The position numbers and the translations under genes were made by a program. Below are positions 53,565 to 63,459 of a stretch of DNA of 64,000 nucleotides, one piece after another. The notes below the pieces were generated by a model that worked only from the letters and a program-made list of their open reading frames with translations, had not been told where the DNA came from and ran no database searches. Source of the DNA: an uncultured bacterium (GTDB taxonomy: Bacteria > Myxococcota_A > UBA9042 > PHBI01); contig CALHXW010000039.1 in NCBI GenBank assembly GCA_938040325.1, forward strand, positions 13,513 to 77,512. The letters are read 5' to 3'. Each line of letters begins with the position of its first letter. The stretch's first letter is position 1.

Positions 53565-56500
53565 TCAGGCGTCAGCAAGCCGGTCGGCATGTGCCGGAAT
53601 GGCCTCAAACGAGCGCCTGAGCTTGTCGCTCTCAAAGGCCGCAGCGCAGCGCTTGAGCGCCGCTGTCGTCATGCGCTGAAGGTCGTCGGCTTCGTTCCAC
53701 CGGTTCATCGCAACGAGCGTCGCGGCTAGCGCGTTGAGGGTCTCGGTGTGGTGGACGATCTCAGCGCCAGACAGATCGGGTACGACCGCTAGGGCGCGGC
53801 TGACGTGGTCTTCCGCGGCGCTTGCATGATGGCTTGCCCATGCAGCCGTTGCGCACAGGGCCGAGGCACGCAGCGCCATGGTCGGCGAGAGCGCGTCGAG
53901 CTTGGACACGAGCTGGATGAGCGTGTCCGTCGTCTCTGCAGACGCGGTGACGTCTCCGTCGTTCCAAAGGCGGCTGCGAAGCTCGAGGAGTGCGACCGCA
54001 TGCGCCTGGGTGGGGCTCTTGACGGTGGGCAAGAGCCGCCAGGCTTCCCGGAGGTAGGGCAGGGCTCGCTTGGGTAGCCGCTGGTCGAGGCAGAGGCTTG
54101 CGAGCTCCACCAGGCGTGCGATGACGCGGTCGTTGTCGGCCTCGGCGTAGGTGTCTTTGAGCGCTTGTCGCAGCAGCCCCTCGGCTTCCTCGAAGCGGCC
54201 GCAGGCGCGCAAGCAGTCGCCGACATTACCGACGGCGAGGGTCGCGTAGCGCTGCAGGCCCCGGCGCTGAGAGAGCAGCATGGCCTCGCGGGATGCCTCG
54301 AGCGCTCGCTCAAAGCGCCCGGCGTAGTAGGCGGCCATCGAGAGGTTGATGAGGAGGCTGACCTCCATCTCGACGAGGCCTTCGTTGCGCGCGACCTCAA
54401 GCCCCCATGCTGCCCAGTCGATCCCCTTGTTGGGGGCAGCGCTCGATGTGTAGCTGTAGCTGAGCGTGACCGCGATCCGCGCGCGCACCTCACCCAGCTC
54501 GGGATCGTCGCCAGCGACCTCCAGGGCACGCTTGAGGTCCGCCAGACCGGCGCCAGCGCCGTCACGGTCGCGCTTGATGCTGCCGATGAGCCGAAGCGCC
54601 ATCGCCTGGTCGCGTCGGCTCTCGCGCTCGACGGCGGCTTGGTGGCCTCGCTCAGCGTAGGCCAGAGCGTCCTCGAAGCGCCGCGCGTCGATCATGACCA
54701 GCGCCAGCCGGTCGATGGCGGTAGCGCAGACGGTCTCGTTCTCGAGGTCCTCGCCGATCGCCAGCAGACGCGCGAAGTGGGTCTCGGCCGCCACGAGGTC
54801 ACCGGCCGCGCGGCTCGTGGCTCCCAGGTGCTCGCGCAGGGTCGCCTCGTGACGGAGGCGGCGGATCACGCCGAGCCCGGCCTTGGGCAGTGTCTCGAGC
54901 GCCGCTTCGTACCAGACGACCGCTCGGCGCGTGTCACCGGCGACTCGGCACTGGTCGGCAGCGTCCGTGAGGTAGGTGAGGGCCACATCCGGCCGCCCGC
55001 CGAGGTTCCAGTGGTGGGCGAGGGCAGCGGTGTCGTCGTCGCCCCCCTGTTGCGCCTCAAGCCACTCGGCGGCTTCGCGATGTCGGCGCTCGCGGTTCGT
55101 CGCGCTCAGGCTGCGAAGCGTCGCCTCCCGGATGCCCTCATTGCCAAACGTGAGGCAAACCTCCGGGCCCATGAAACAGCGCGTGAGCAGCTCGCGTTCG
55201 ATGAGCCCGCGGACCGCCGTGGCGGCGCCCGTCTCCCGTGACTCAAGTCCGTCGATGAAGAGCGCCGGCACCGGGTTTGCGAAGACACATAACGCCTCCA
55301 AGACCGACCGCGCCTGCGGGCCTAAGACCGCAAGCCGCTCGTTCAGCGCTGCCTCCACCGAGGCTGGCAGCGGCACGTCCACCCCGGCCCGGAGACGCCA
55401 GCCGTCGCCTGTGTTGGAGAGATCGCCGCGCTCCATGAGCGTGTAGAGAACGTCCTGGATATGGCCTGGGTTGCCGTCGGTGACCCGCTGAAGGGCTTGG
55501 AGCTTGTCCGGCGGCAGCGGCTGCTCGCCGAACACCGCGCGCAGCATGGCGGCTGTGCCGTCCACGTCCATCCCGGTGAGCCGCAGCCAGCGGGTCTGGG
55601 GCATTGCCTCGAGGGCTTCGGCATCTGCTGTCTGCAGGGAGCTTCGGCGCAGGCTCAAGACCAAGAGGAGCGGCGGCGTGTCGCTCTCGTCCAGCTCGTC
55701 GAGTGGCGACAGCACGCGACTCACGCGGTTGACGACCTCAAGGGTGGCGCGGTCGAGTAAGTGGACGTTGGTGAGGATGACCACCGACGGTCGGGTCACC
55801 CCCTGGACGAGCAGGCGGGCCACCTCAACGGGGGCCACGGGCTCGGCGGACTCATCGACCGTTCCGGCCAACACGCGCTCGCAGAGCAGCTGGTCGCGTC
55901 GGCTGAGGGACGAGCCGATCGCGGAGTTCTTGCGCGCGGCGAGCCACGGGAAGAGCGGTGCCAGCGGGCGCTGTGTGGGCGCCGCAGGAATGCCTTCGAT
56001 CACAAAGACGCCGTCGAGCTGTGCCGTGCGCTTGAGCTCGCCCAGTAGACGCTGCTTTCCAACGCCCGCCGGGCCCTCGATGAGCCACACGCGCGCGGCC
56101 CGGGAACCAGGCTCGATCGCAGCGCGATAGCCGGCGATGAGGGCATCGAGGTGCTCAGGACGGCCTGCCCATTGGGCGCTCGAGAACCTGCCGAAGCGCG
56201 TGTCGGCGGTCTCGATCGGATAGGGCGGCACCACCACCGTGTTGATGGCCCGGATCAAGGCATCTGCGCCGCTCGGTCGGTCGCTGGGCCGCTTGGCGAG
56301 AAGCGCCAGCACGGCGTCGGCAACGGCGCGATGGATCTCGGGGCGGAGCTTGCCAAGGTCAGGAGGGGGCTCGTGCTGGTGAGCGGCTCGGAGCGTCTCG
56401 CTGGTTCGTGCCGTGAACGGGCGCCTCCCTGTCAGCAGCTCAAACGCGATAACGCCCAGCGAGTAGAGATCGGCGGAGGGCCCGGCCACGAGGCCTGCGA

Positions 56501-58217
56501 GCGTCTCGGGGGCCGCGTACGGCAGGCACGTGCGCTCGCCCCGTTGGATCGACCGGAGCTTCTCGGTGGGGTTTCCGGGGTCGGTGATGACCACCCGTGC
56601 AGCGCCCGCCTCGCCTGTGGTCACAATGATGTTTTCCGGCTTAAGCGAGAGGTGGGGGCGCTGGGTGTGCGTGTGCAAAAAGACGAGGCCGCGCGCCACC
56701 TGCACGAGGAGCTCGTAGATGTCCTCAACGCCTTTGCCCTCAATCGCCCCTCGTATCGACGGCCCCTCGATGTAGTCGAGGGTGTAAAACGCACGCGGCG
56801 GCGCATCGACGTTTGCGTGCTCGTTGGGCAGCAGCCCGAAGTCGTGAATCGCCACGAGGTTGGGGTGCTTTAGGCGCGCCAGGTCGCGAAACTCCGCCTT
56901 GAACTCGTCAATGCTGGCGCCCTGGCTTGGCTCGAAGATCTTGAGCGCGACGGCCGCGCCGTCGCCGAGGCGGTCATGGGCCAACCACTTCTCGCCAAAC
57001 GCCCCGGTACCGAGCTTCCGGGCCAGCTCGAACCGACCGAGCAGCGCGTGAGGTTGTCTCGACGCCTCGCGCGCCCGGTTTCTCGGGACCGTGGAGCGCA
57101 GGCGCTGCTCGAGCGCATCGTGCGGGACCGTGGCGTTGGTGCGATCGACGTCTGCGGGGTCCAGCGTCTGGGCGGCTGGCAGTGCACCGGTGTCGGCCAG
57201 GGCGGTGGGGCCGGTGTCGGCGGTCGGCGTTCGTCCTGGCATGAGCGGGCGAGCGTGTTCATCGGTGCGCGGCGCGCGCTCGCGCGGCAAGAGCTCTCGC
57301 GGTACGCGAGGGACGTCCTCGGGCTCTGGAGCCGGTTGGCCCAAGAGCGCTGAGAAGGCTTCCGCCATGGCCGTCGCCGTTCGGTAGCGCTGGTCGGGGT
57401 CGACGAGCAGCGCTCGGTCCACCACAGCGGCCAGTCCGCTCGAGAGGTCGGGGCGTCGGGTCGCCAAGCTCGGAAAGTCGCCGCGGGCGATCGACGCCAC
57501 GGTCTCGTGGGTGCTGACGCCTTCCACAAGGCACGAGCCGGTCGCAAGCGTGTAGAGCGTGGCGCCGAGGGAAAACACGTCGACTCGCTGGTCGACCTGG
57601 CGGCCCATGGACTGCTCCGGCGCCATGTAAGCGGGGGTCCCCACAACCTCGAAGCGGCCAGAGCGCTGGTCCTGGTCAAAGAGGCGGCGCGAGATCCCGA
57701 AGTCGGTCAGCTTGAGCCGACCGTCGACGCTCAGGAGGATGTTCTCCGGCTTTAGGTCCTGGTGGATGATCCCGTGGGCGTGCGCGTAGGCCAGCACGCC
57801 GGAGACCGCCCGGCCGATGTGGGTGACGAGGGTCTCATCGAGTGGCGTCCCCGCCGGAGCCAGGTCGCCAAGGTTTTTGCCAGCGACGTACTCCATGACG
57901 AGGTAGAGGCGGTTGGAGTAGAGGCCGCTGTAGTCAAAGATCTGGACGATGCCAGGGTGGTTGAGGCCCGCGAGGTTGCGCGCCTCCTGCTGGAAGAGCC
58001 CGGCGAGGCGATCACCGCTGGCGGTCACCATCGATCGGTCGACGACCTTCAGAGCGACCTCACGGTCGAGCAGCGTGTCGTAGGCAAGGTAGACGATCCC
58101 CATACCGCCACGCCCCAGCACGCGCAGGAGGTGGTAGCGGTCGATGCTCGCCGGTGCGGTTTGGTTGCGGGGTTTCCTCACGGCGACACGGTACATCGGG
58201 CCGACCGAATGCGTCAC
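53565..58217 (-). CDS. Tandem kinase/pseudokinase - degenerate NTPase - TPR protein
   Basis: Domain 1 GRGGMG, HQDLKPEN, DFG, YMAPEQ; domain 2 GTGAFG, VALK, HLSLKPEN, DPG, YAAPE; GPAGVGKQ; GNP; TPRs. Confidence 0.87.
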   Translation of the reverse strand: MTHSVGPMYRVAVRKPRNQTAPASIDRYHLLRVLGRGGMGIVYLAYDTLLDREVALKVVDRSMVTASGDRLAGLFQQEARNLAGLNHPGIVQIFDYSGLYSNRLYLVMEYVAGKNLGDLAPAGTPLDETLVTHIGRAVSGVLAYAHAHGIIHQDLKPENILLSVDGRLKLTDFGISRRLFDQDQRSGRFEVVGTPAYMAPEQSMGRQVDQRVDVFSLGATLYTLATGSCLVEGVSTHETVASIARGDFPSLATRRPDLSSGLAAVVDRALLVDPDQRYRTATAMAEAFSALLGQPAPEPEDVPRVPRELLPRERAPRTDEHARPLMPGRTPTADTGPTALADTGALPAAQTLDPADVDRTNATVPHDALEQRLRSTVPRNRAREASRQPHALLGRFELARKLGTGAFGEKWLAHDRLGDGAAVALKIFEPSQGASIDEFKAEFRDLARLKHPNLVAIHDFGLLPNEHANVDAPPRAFYTLDYIEGPSIRGAIEGKGVEDIYELLVQVARGLVFLHTHTQRPHLSLKPENIIVTTGEAGAARVVITDPGNPTEKLRSIQRGERTCLPYAAPETLAGLVAGPSADLYSLGVIAFELLTGRRPFTARTSETLRAAHQHEPPPDLGKLRPEIHRAVADAVLALLAKRPSDRPSGADALIRAINTVVVPPYPIETADTRFGRFSSAQWAGRPEHLDALIAGYRAAIEPGSRAARVWLIEGPAGVGKQRLLGELKRTAQLDGVFVIEGIPAAPTQRPLAPLFPWLAARKNSAIGSSLSRRDQLLCERVLAGTVDESAEPVAPVEVARLLVQGVTRPSVVILTNVHLLDRATLEVVNRVSRVLSPLDELDESDTPPLLLVLSLRRSSLQTADAEALEAMPQTRWLRLTGMDVDGTAAMLRAVFGEQPLPPDKLQALQRVTDGNPGHIQDVLYTLMERGDLSNTGDGWRLRAGVDVPLPASVEAALNERLAVLGPQARSVLEALCVFANPVPALFIDGLESRETGAATAVRGLIERELLTRCFMGPEVCLTFGNEGIREATLRSLSATNRERRHREAAEWLEAQQGGDDDTAALAHHWNLGGRPDVALTYLTDAADQCRVAGDTRRAVVWYEAALETLPKAGLGVIRRLRHEATLREHLGATSRAAGDLVAAETHFARLLAIGEDLENETVCATAIDRLALVMIDARRFEDALAYAERGHQAAVERESRRDQAMALRLIGSIKRDRDGAGAGLADLKRALEVAGDDPELGEVRARIAVTLSYSYTSSAAPNKGIDWAAWGLEVARNEGLVEMEVSLLINLSMAAYYAGRFERALEASREAMLLSQRRGLQRYATLAVGNVGDCLRACGRFEEAEGLLRQALKDTYAEADNDRVIARLVELASLCLDQRLPKRALPYLREAWRLLPTVKSPTQAHAVALLELRSRLWNDGDVTASAETTDTLIQLVSKLDALSPTMALRASALCATAAWASHHASAAEDHVSRALAVVPDLSGAEIVHHTETLNALAATLVAMNRWNEADDLQRMTTAALKRCAAAFESDKLRRSFEAIPAHADRLADA

Positions 58218-58405
58218 GCGGGTCGATCAACTCTTCGGTGATTGGCGTTGTTGGCAGCGAGCTTCACGCCACATTGGGTGCTGGTGGAGCAGCCGGTACG
58301 CTTGATGGACAACGCGGCCTTGGCTATGACGGACGTATAGCGCGGCCGGTCGGTCGCCGTCCGCAAACCGCATCGCGCTGTCTTGTCGGCGCTCAGGAGC
58401 GACCC

Positions 58406-59341
58406 ATGGCCCATTCCGCACGCGTACGCGAGATCCTCAGCTGGTACCGAAGCGAGAACCCCGGCGTTCTCACCAACCTGGGTCGGCTCTTCAACCACGG
58501 GCGACTCGCCGGAACCGGCCGCTTGGTGATCCTGCCGGTCGACCAGGGCTGGGAGCACGGTCCCGCACGGAGCTTTGCGGTCAACGCAGATGGCTACGAT
58601 CCTCGCTATCACTTCCAGCTGGCCATTGACGCTGGTTGCAGCGCCTACGCCGCTCCGCTCGGCGCGCTTGAGGCCGGTGCGGCGGACTTTGCCGGTGAGA
58701 TTCCGCTCATCCTCAAGGTCAACCACAACAACTCGCTCTATGCGGTCAAAAACCCCAACCAAGCCGTTGTCGCCAGCGTCGACGACGCACTGCGGTTGGG
58801 ATGCGTGGGCGTCGGCTTCACGGTCTACCCGGGAAGCGCGAACGCCCAGGATCAGTTCGAAGAGTTCCGCGCGCTTGCCAAGGAGGCCAAGGCGAAGGGC
58901 TTGGTCGTCGTCCTCTGGGCCTACGCCCGTGGCGAGCAGATCTCGAAGGCGGGCGAGACGGCCATCGACGTGATCTCCTACGCCGCCCACATGAGCGCCC
59001 AGCTCGGTGCTCACATCATCAAGGTCAAGCCGCCGACGGCTCACCTCGAGCTCGCGTCGGCGAAGAAAGCCTACGAGGACAATGGACGCGCCGTCGGCAC
59101 GCTCACAGAGCGTATCGCCGACGTGGTTCAGTCGTGCTTCAACGGGCGTCGCGTCGTGATCTTCAGCGGTGGCGCCGCTAAGGACACGGCCAGCGTGCTC
59201 GCTGAGGTCAAAGAGATCGCAGCCGGTGGCGGGTTTGGCTCGATCATGGGCCGCAACGCGTTCCAGCGACCGAAAGCCGAAGCCGTCAAGCTGCTCAACG
59301 ACGTGATGGACGTCTTCGCGGCGAGTGTCCCGTCTAGCTAG
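58406..59341 (+). CDS. fbaB: Class I fructose-bisphosphate aldolase
   Basis: ILPVDQGWEHGP, ILKVN, LGAHIIKVKPP, FSGG, GSIMGRNAFQRP; AGGAG SD. Confidence 0.92.
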   Translation: MAHSARVREILSWYRSENPGVLTNLGRLFNHGRLAGTGRLVILPVDQGWEHGPARSFAVNADGYDPRYHFQLAIDAGCSAYAAPLGALEAGAADFAGEIPLILKVNHNNSLYAVKNPNQAVVASVDDALRLGCVGVGFTVYPGSANAQDQFEEFRALAKEAKAKGLVVVLWAYARGEQISKAGETAIDVISYAAHMSAQLGAHIIKVKPPTAHLELASAKKAYEDNGRAVGTLTERIADVVQSCFNGRRVVIFSGGAAKDTASVLAEVKEIAAGGGFGSIMGRNAFQRPKAEAVKLLNDVMDVFAASVPSS

Positions 59342-59360
59342 CGCTAGTGCTAGTGCTAGT
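59334..59360. repeat. CTAG multiplet at the fbaB stop
   Basis: CTAGCTAGCGCTAGTGCTAGTGCTAGT: five CTAG, the last three as GCTAGT x3. Confidence 0.8.
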
Positions 59361-59497
59361 CCAGGCGCCATTTTTGAGCGAGGCGAACGCGATGTGCTCG
59401 GCGTCGCTCCCCTCGAACTGTCCCGCCAATCCTGCGGGTTTCGCTGCTTGACCTCGGCGCATCTGTGACCACCAAACCCCTCGGCTTGGCCGCTGCC

Positions 59498-60607
59498 TTA
59501 CTCGCCGGGCTTGCGGCCTGGGCTTAGGCGCTCGAGCGCCGTTCGCCGCGACCACGTATCCTCGATCGTCTGCGCGATCTCGCGTGCTGCCTCGCTATCG
59601 CCGATGGCGAGCAGCATCTCGACAAGGTGGATGCGCGCGTCGTCGGCTTGAGGACCGCCCGCATGGATGAGCGTCATCAGCGTCATGCGTGCTCCTCGGC
59701 GGTCGCCGGCGCGCCAGCGAACACCGGCGTCCACGAGGCTCGCGCCGTCAGCAATCATGGCGTCAGGGCTGGTTCGGGCGGTCGCGACCAGCGCACGGGC
59801 CTCGTCCAGCTGCTCGAGGTGCAGGTGGGCCTCCGCGCCAACCAGCGCTTGGCGCGGATCGCTCAGATCGCCAAGCGCGGCGAGCGCATCGGCGGGATGA
59901 CCGGCGAGAACAAAGGCCTGGGCGATGTCTGTGGGGTCCACGTCGAGCCGATGGAGCGCTGCTGCTGGGCTACGACGGATGGCTAGGACGGCTTCGCCCG
60001 CCAGCGCGCCCTCGGAGAGCGCCACGACCGGTGAGAGAGCCCGGGCTGCGGCGAAGACGGACTCGATGTCGACCGGCACGATGCCGCCGCCCCCGGGGTG
60101 CGGGCCAACGACCGCCAGGTCCACGACGAGGACCTGTCGCGTACGACGCCAGAGCAGCTTGAGCGCCGCCAACACCTGGGCCTGGTGATCGTCGTGCCAG
60201 GCCACGTTGAGTGCGCCAGAGCAGAGCACGAGATCGTGAGGTGTGGCGACGGCGAGGCTATCGACGCAGCGGAACGTGGCGTTGGCATCGCTCTGGTGAA
60301 GCTCGGAGGCTGTCGCGCGCTCGATCATCGGCTCGAGGATGTCCTCACCGACGTACTTGCCGTCATACCCCGCCTGGCGCAGGCGCTTGAGGAGCACGCC
60401 CTCGCCACAGCCGATGTCGACAACGCTATTGACGGCTGAGAGATCCGGGGCCGCCTCGAGCAGCAGTGCGTGTCGGATCTGTTGGAGGGCATCGGACTCC
60501 CACCCGACCCGTCGACCGGCCGTGGAGGCTGTGGCGAGCGGCCCGTAGAAGCTCTGGGCGGCGGCAACGCGGTCTTGGCTGAGGGGTGCATCTGTTGAAG
60601 AGCGGAT
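59498..60607 (-). CDS. Class I SAM-dependent methyltransferase with C-terminal TPR-like region, start uncertain
   Basis: VGWES...VVDIGCGEG...YVGEDI...DLVLCSGALN; no ATG/GTG/TTG in frame between the cls stop and these motifs. Confidence 0.75.
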   Translation of the reverse strand: MRSSTDAPLSQDRVAAAQSFYGPLATASTAGRRVGWESDALQQIRHALLLEAAPDLSAVNSVVDIGCGEGVLLKRLRQAGYDGKYVGEDILEPMIERATASELHQSDANATFRCVDSLAVATPHDLVLCSGALNVAWHDDHQAQVLAALKLLWRRTRQVLVVDLAVVGPHPGGGGIVPVDIESVFAAARALSPVVALSEGALAGEAVLAIRRSPAAALHRLDVDPTDIAQAFVLAGHPADALAALGDLSDPRQALVGAEAHLHLEQLDEARALVATARTSPDAMIADGASLVDAGVRWRAGDRRGARMTLMTLIHAGGPQADDARIHLVEMLLAIGDSEAAREIAQTIEDTWSRRTALERLSPGRKPGE

Positions 60608-60617
60608 AGGGACGTCC

Positions 60618-62093
60618 TTAGAGGAGAGGCGAGAGCAGGCCCGCCGTGGAGTAGAGGATCCGTCGGCCATAGCTCTGCTTGAGTTCCCAGTCGGCCGACA
60701 CTGGACTGGCGCCGTCGAGGTCGCCCTCAAACTGGCCAGCCAGCTCGGCGCAAAAGGCGGCACCGTAGACGAAAGCGTTGAGCTCGTAGTTGATGTGGAA
60801 CGACCGGTTGTCCATGTTCGCCGAGCCGATGGTGCCAAACCAGTCGTCGACGACGAGCGTCTTGGCGTGGACAAAGCCACGGTCATATTCCCAGACGGCG
60901 ACCCCGGCTTCGAGCAGCTCGGCATAGTAGCTGCGCGATGCGAGGTCGACGAGCCAGTTGTCGGTGCGCTTGGGCACGAGCAAGCGCACGTCAACGCCGC
61001 GGAGCGACGCCGTCACGAGCGCTTCTTGGATGATGCGGTCGGGGATGAAGTAGGGACTGGTGATCCAGACGCGGTCACGGGCCTCGGTGATCGCTTGGAA
61101 GTAGAGGCGGTGGATGAGCGACCAGGGACGGTCTGGACCGGACGCCACGATCTGAACGATCGCATCGTCGTCGGTCGCTGGCGTCTCGGCCTGCGCGGTC
61201 GACGGACTCAGGGTGCCTGTCGGAAAGTAGGCGCTGTGGTCAAGCAAGCGATCGGTAGCGACCAGCCAGTCCTCAACGAAGACCTCCTGGAGCGCGAGGA
61301 CAGCGGGCCCGTCGATGCGGACGTGCGTGTCGCGCCACTCGCCGACGTCCGGGTCGAGGCCCAAGTACTCGCGGCCTACGTTGATGCCGCCCGTGAAGCC
61401 AACCTGGCCGTCAACGACCACGATCTTTCGGTGATTTCGGTAGTTGATGCGGTCGCGTCGGCGAAAGCGCGCGAGCAGCCTGACAGGCGAGAAGTACGCG
61501 AACTCACCGCCGTGAGCCTCGAGCGGCGCCCAGAAGTCTGCGGGCAACGACCAGCTGCCGACGGCATCGCAGAGCACGCGGACCTCGACACCCTCCGCCG
61601 CCCGCGCGACGAGCAGCTCACGCAGCGCTTGGCCCGTTTCGTCGGGCTGGATGATGTAGAACTCAACGTGGATGTGGTGTTTGGCCGCGTGGATGGCGTC
61701 GACCAGGGCTCGGTACGTGTTCGCTGCGTTGTGTAAGATCGTGGCCCGGTTGTTCTGGCTGGCGCGGATGCCGGATGCGTTCTCGGCAAGCTTGGTCAGC
61801 GACTTGGCTCGGCCGGCGACCGGCTGGGGCTGAAAGACGGCCGGCGTCAGTCCTTGGGCGACCAGGGCCTCGTCAACCCGTGCTGCGCTGCGCTCGCTCG
61901 TCTTGGTCCGGCGTCGCTTGGTCCGGAGCCCGAAGAAGAGATAGAGCAAGACGCCGACCACAGGCAGCAGCATCACGGAGAGGATCCAGGCAAGGGTCGC
62001 GGCGGGGTCGCGACGCTCGAGCAGGACAAAGCCAAAGATGATGACGAGCTGCAGGGTCAGCAGCGCCAGCAGGACAATGACGCCGATGCTCAT
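60618..62093 (-). CDS. cls: Cardiolipin synthase
   Basis: Two N-terminal TMs, two HKD motifs (NHRKIVVVDG, VHAKTLVVDD), GSANMDNRSF. Confidence 0.95.
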   Translation of the reverse strand: MSIGVIVLLALLTLQLVIIFGFVLLERRDPAATLAWILSVMLLPVVGVLLYLFFGLRTKRRRTKTSERSAARVDEALVAQGLTPAVFQPQPVAGRAKSLTKLAENASGIRASQNNRATILHNAANTYRALVDAIHAAKHHIHVEFYIIQPDETGQALRELLVARAAEGVEVRVLCDAVGSWSLPADFWAPLEAHGGEFAYFSPVRLLARFRRRDRINYRNHRKIVVVDGQVGFTGGINVGREYLGLDPDVGEWRDTHVRIDGPAVLALQEVFVEDWLVATDRLLDHSAYFPTGTLSPSTAQAETPATDDDAIVQIVASGPDRPWSLIHRLYFQAITEARDRVWITSPYFIPDRIIQEALVTASLRGVDVRLLVPKRTDNWLVDLASRSYYAELLEAGVAVWEYDRGFVHAKTLVVDDWFGTIGSANMDNRSFHINYELNAFVYGAAFCAELAGQFEGDLDGASPVSADWELKQSYGRRILYSTAGLLSPLL

Positions 62094-62352
62094 GAGAGCC
62101 CTGCCTGCGCGGTGCGAGGCTTGGAGCGTCCCGACACGTCGAGCGGTTGAGCGTCTCTTAGCTCGGGTACGCCACCTCGGCGCGGGTCTTCGGGCGGAGA
62201 TCCATGGTGACCAACCGCTCGGTGCCGCGCTCGGGCGATCAGCAGCGGCCGTTTAGCTCGCGGCGTCGCTCGGTGGATTCGATGACCAACGAGCGACGAC
62301 ACAGTGCGCTGCAGGTCCAAAGTGAGGAGCACAGTCACTCCTCTTGGGGGCT

Positions 62353-62449
62353 CTAGCAGCGTGCGGGAAAATGCGGACTCAAAGACGAAGTGAGGTTTGC
62401 CGCTGGGGCAGCGAACGAGAGGAAACCGCATTTCCCCCACCGCTGCTCG
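62353..62449. repeat. Family A element upstream of cls
   Basis: CTAGCAGCGTGCGGGAAAATGCGG...AAACCGCATTTCCCCCACCGCTGCTCG with inner hairpin CGCTG-GGG-CAGCG. Confidence 0.72.
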
Positions 62450-62556
62450 CGCTCTGATCGGGGACTCGGGCATGGCGTGACACTGCGTGCGCCAGTCAGG
62501 CCTGTCAAACTGGCGTCGTCACCGAGCGTTGGGCACTCGTGTTGAGCCCGCGGCCG

Positions 62557-63459
62557 TCACAAGCAGAGCCCCGCCGGACACATCGCCGCCATCGACGTTG
62601 CCGTCACCTCGTCGCCGCGTGCGTACCAGCCCGCGGGTGGGCGGGTGTGCGCCTGCTCGCTTGAGTCGCCGTACTCCAGCAGCAAGCGGTTGCCGTCGAC
62701 CCAATACACAGCGCGCGCCTCCCCGAAGCAGCCGTTGAGGGTCAGTCCCCCATGAATGGACGAGTCGCAGCCAAGGTTCCACGTGCCGGTGTCGCAGAGC
62801 TCATCGCTTCCCTCGGGACCGCTGCGCGCCATCACGTGCGACTCACCGAGGACCAGCTGCGCCTCGGTCGCGAGATGGATCCAGTGGACCCCCTCAAGGC
62901 CTGCAGCCACCGTGGCGGGGTCACAGCCAGGCTCGCCGTCGCCAGGGCAATCACATACGTCGGCGATGGCCTCCACATCAGAGCAGGTCTGGGCGTTGAT
63001 GGCCGGGCACTCGGCGTCGTGAAGCGCGCTTGCATTCGCCTGCTCATAGATACTGCCAAAGCACGCCTCTTTGCAGCGGTCGAGATAGGTCGTTTGGGAA
63101 CCGATCGCGCTTGCAGGACACATCGCCCCAAGGCAAGCGACGAGCCGCTGGCAGTAGGATTCGCACTCCTCGACCTGCCAGCCTGGCAGGTCCGGAGGCG
63201 CCGGCGTGCCAGACGCGGTGTCCGCGGCTGTCACGTCCGAGCTTGCATCCGGGGCCACGTCGCCCGAGCCGATGTCACTAGAGCTCTGGTCGGTGCCCGC
63301 CGCCGCCTCGTCTGCCGCGCCTTCGGCGCTGAACGCCGTTCCTTCGCGGTCGTCGCTGACGCAGCTAGGCCCGAGCGTGAGTGCGAGCACCAGCACGCCG
63401 AGGCGTGGCCCGGCCCACGCGCGGAGGTCACACGCTGTGACGTTTGCTTGGTGCATCAT
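62557..63459 (-). CDS. Cys-rich putative lipoprotein
   Basis: ATG 63459 overlaps the upstream TGA; hydrophobic stretch ending LGPSC; paralogous to the next gene. Confidence 0.65.
   Translation of the reverse strand: MMHQANVTACDLRAWAGPRLGVLVLALTLGPSCVSDDREGTAFSAEGAADEAAAGTDQSSSDIGSGDVAPDASSDVTAADTASGTPAPPDLPGWQVEECESYCQRLVACLGAMCPASAIGSQTTYLDRCKEACFGSIYEQANASALHDAECPAINAQTCSDVEAIADVCDCPGDGEPGCDPATVAAGLEGVHWIHLATEAQLVLGESHVMARSGPEGSDELCDTGTWNLGCDSSIHGGLTLNGCFGEARAVYWVDGNRLLLEYGDSSEQAHTRPPAGWYARGDEVTATSMAAMCPAGLCL

Noticed and set aside
62090..62473. 127-aa ORF upstream of cls
   Set aside because: No motifs, and it runs through a family A repeat and other shared intergenic blocks
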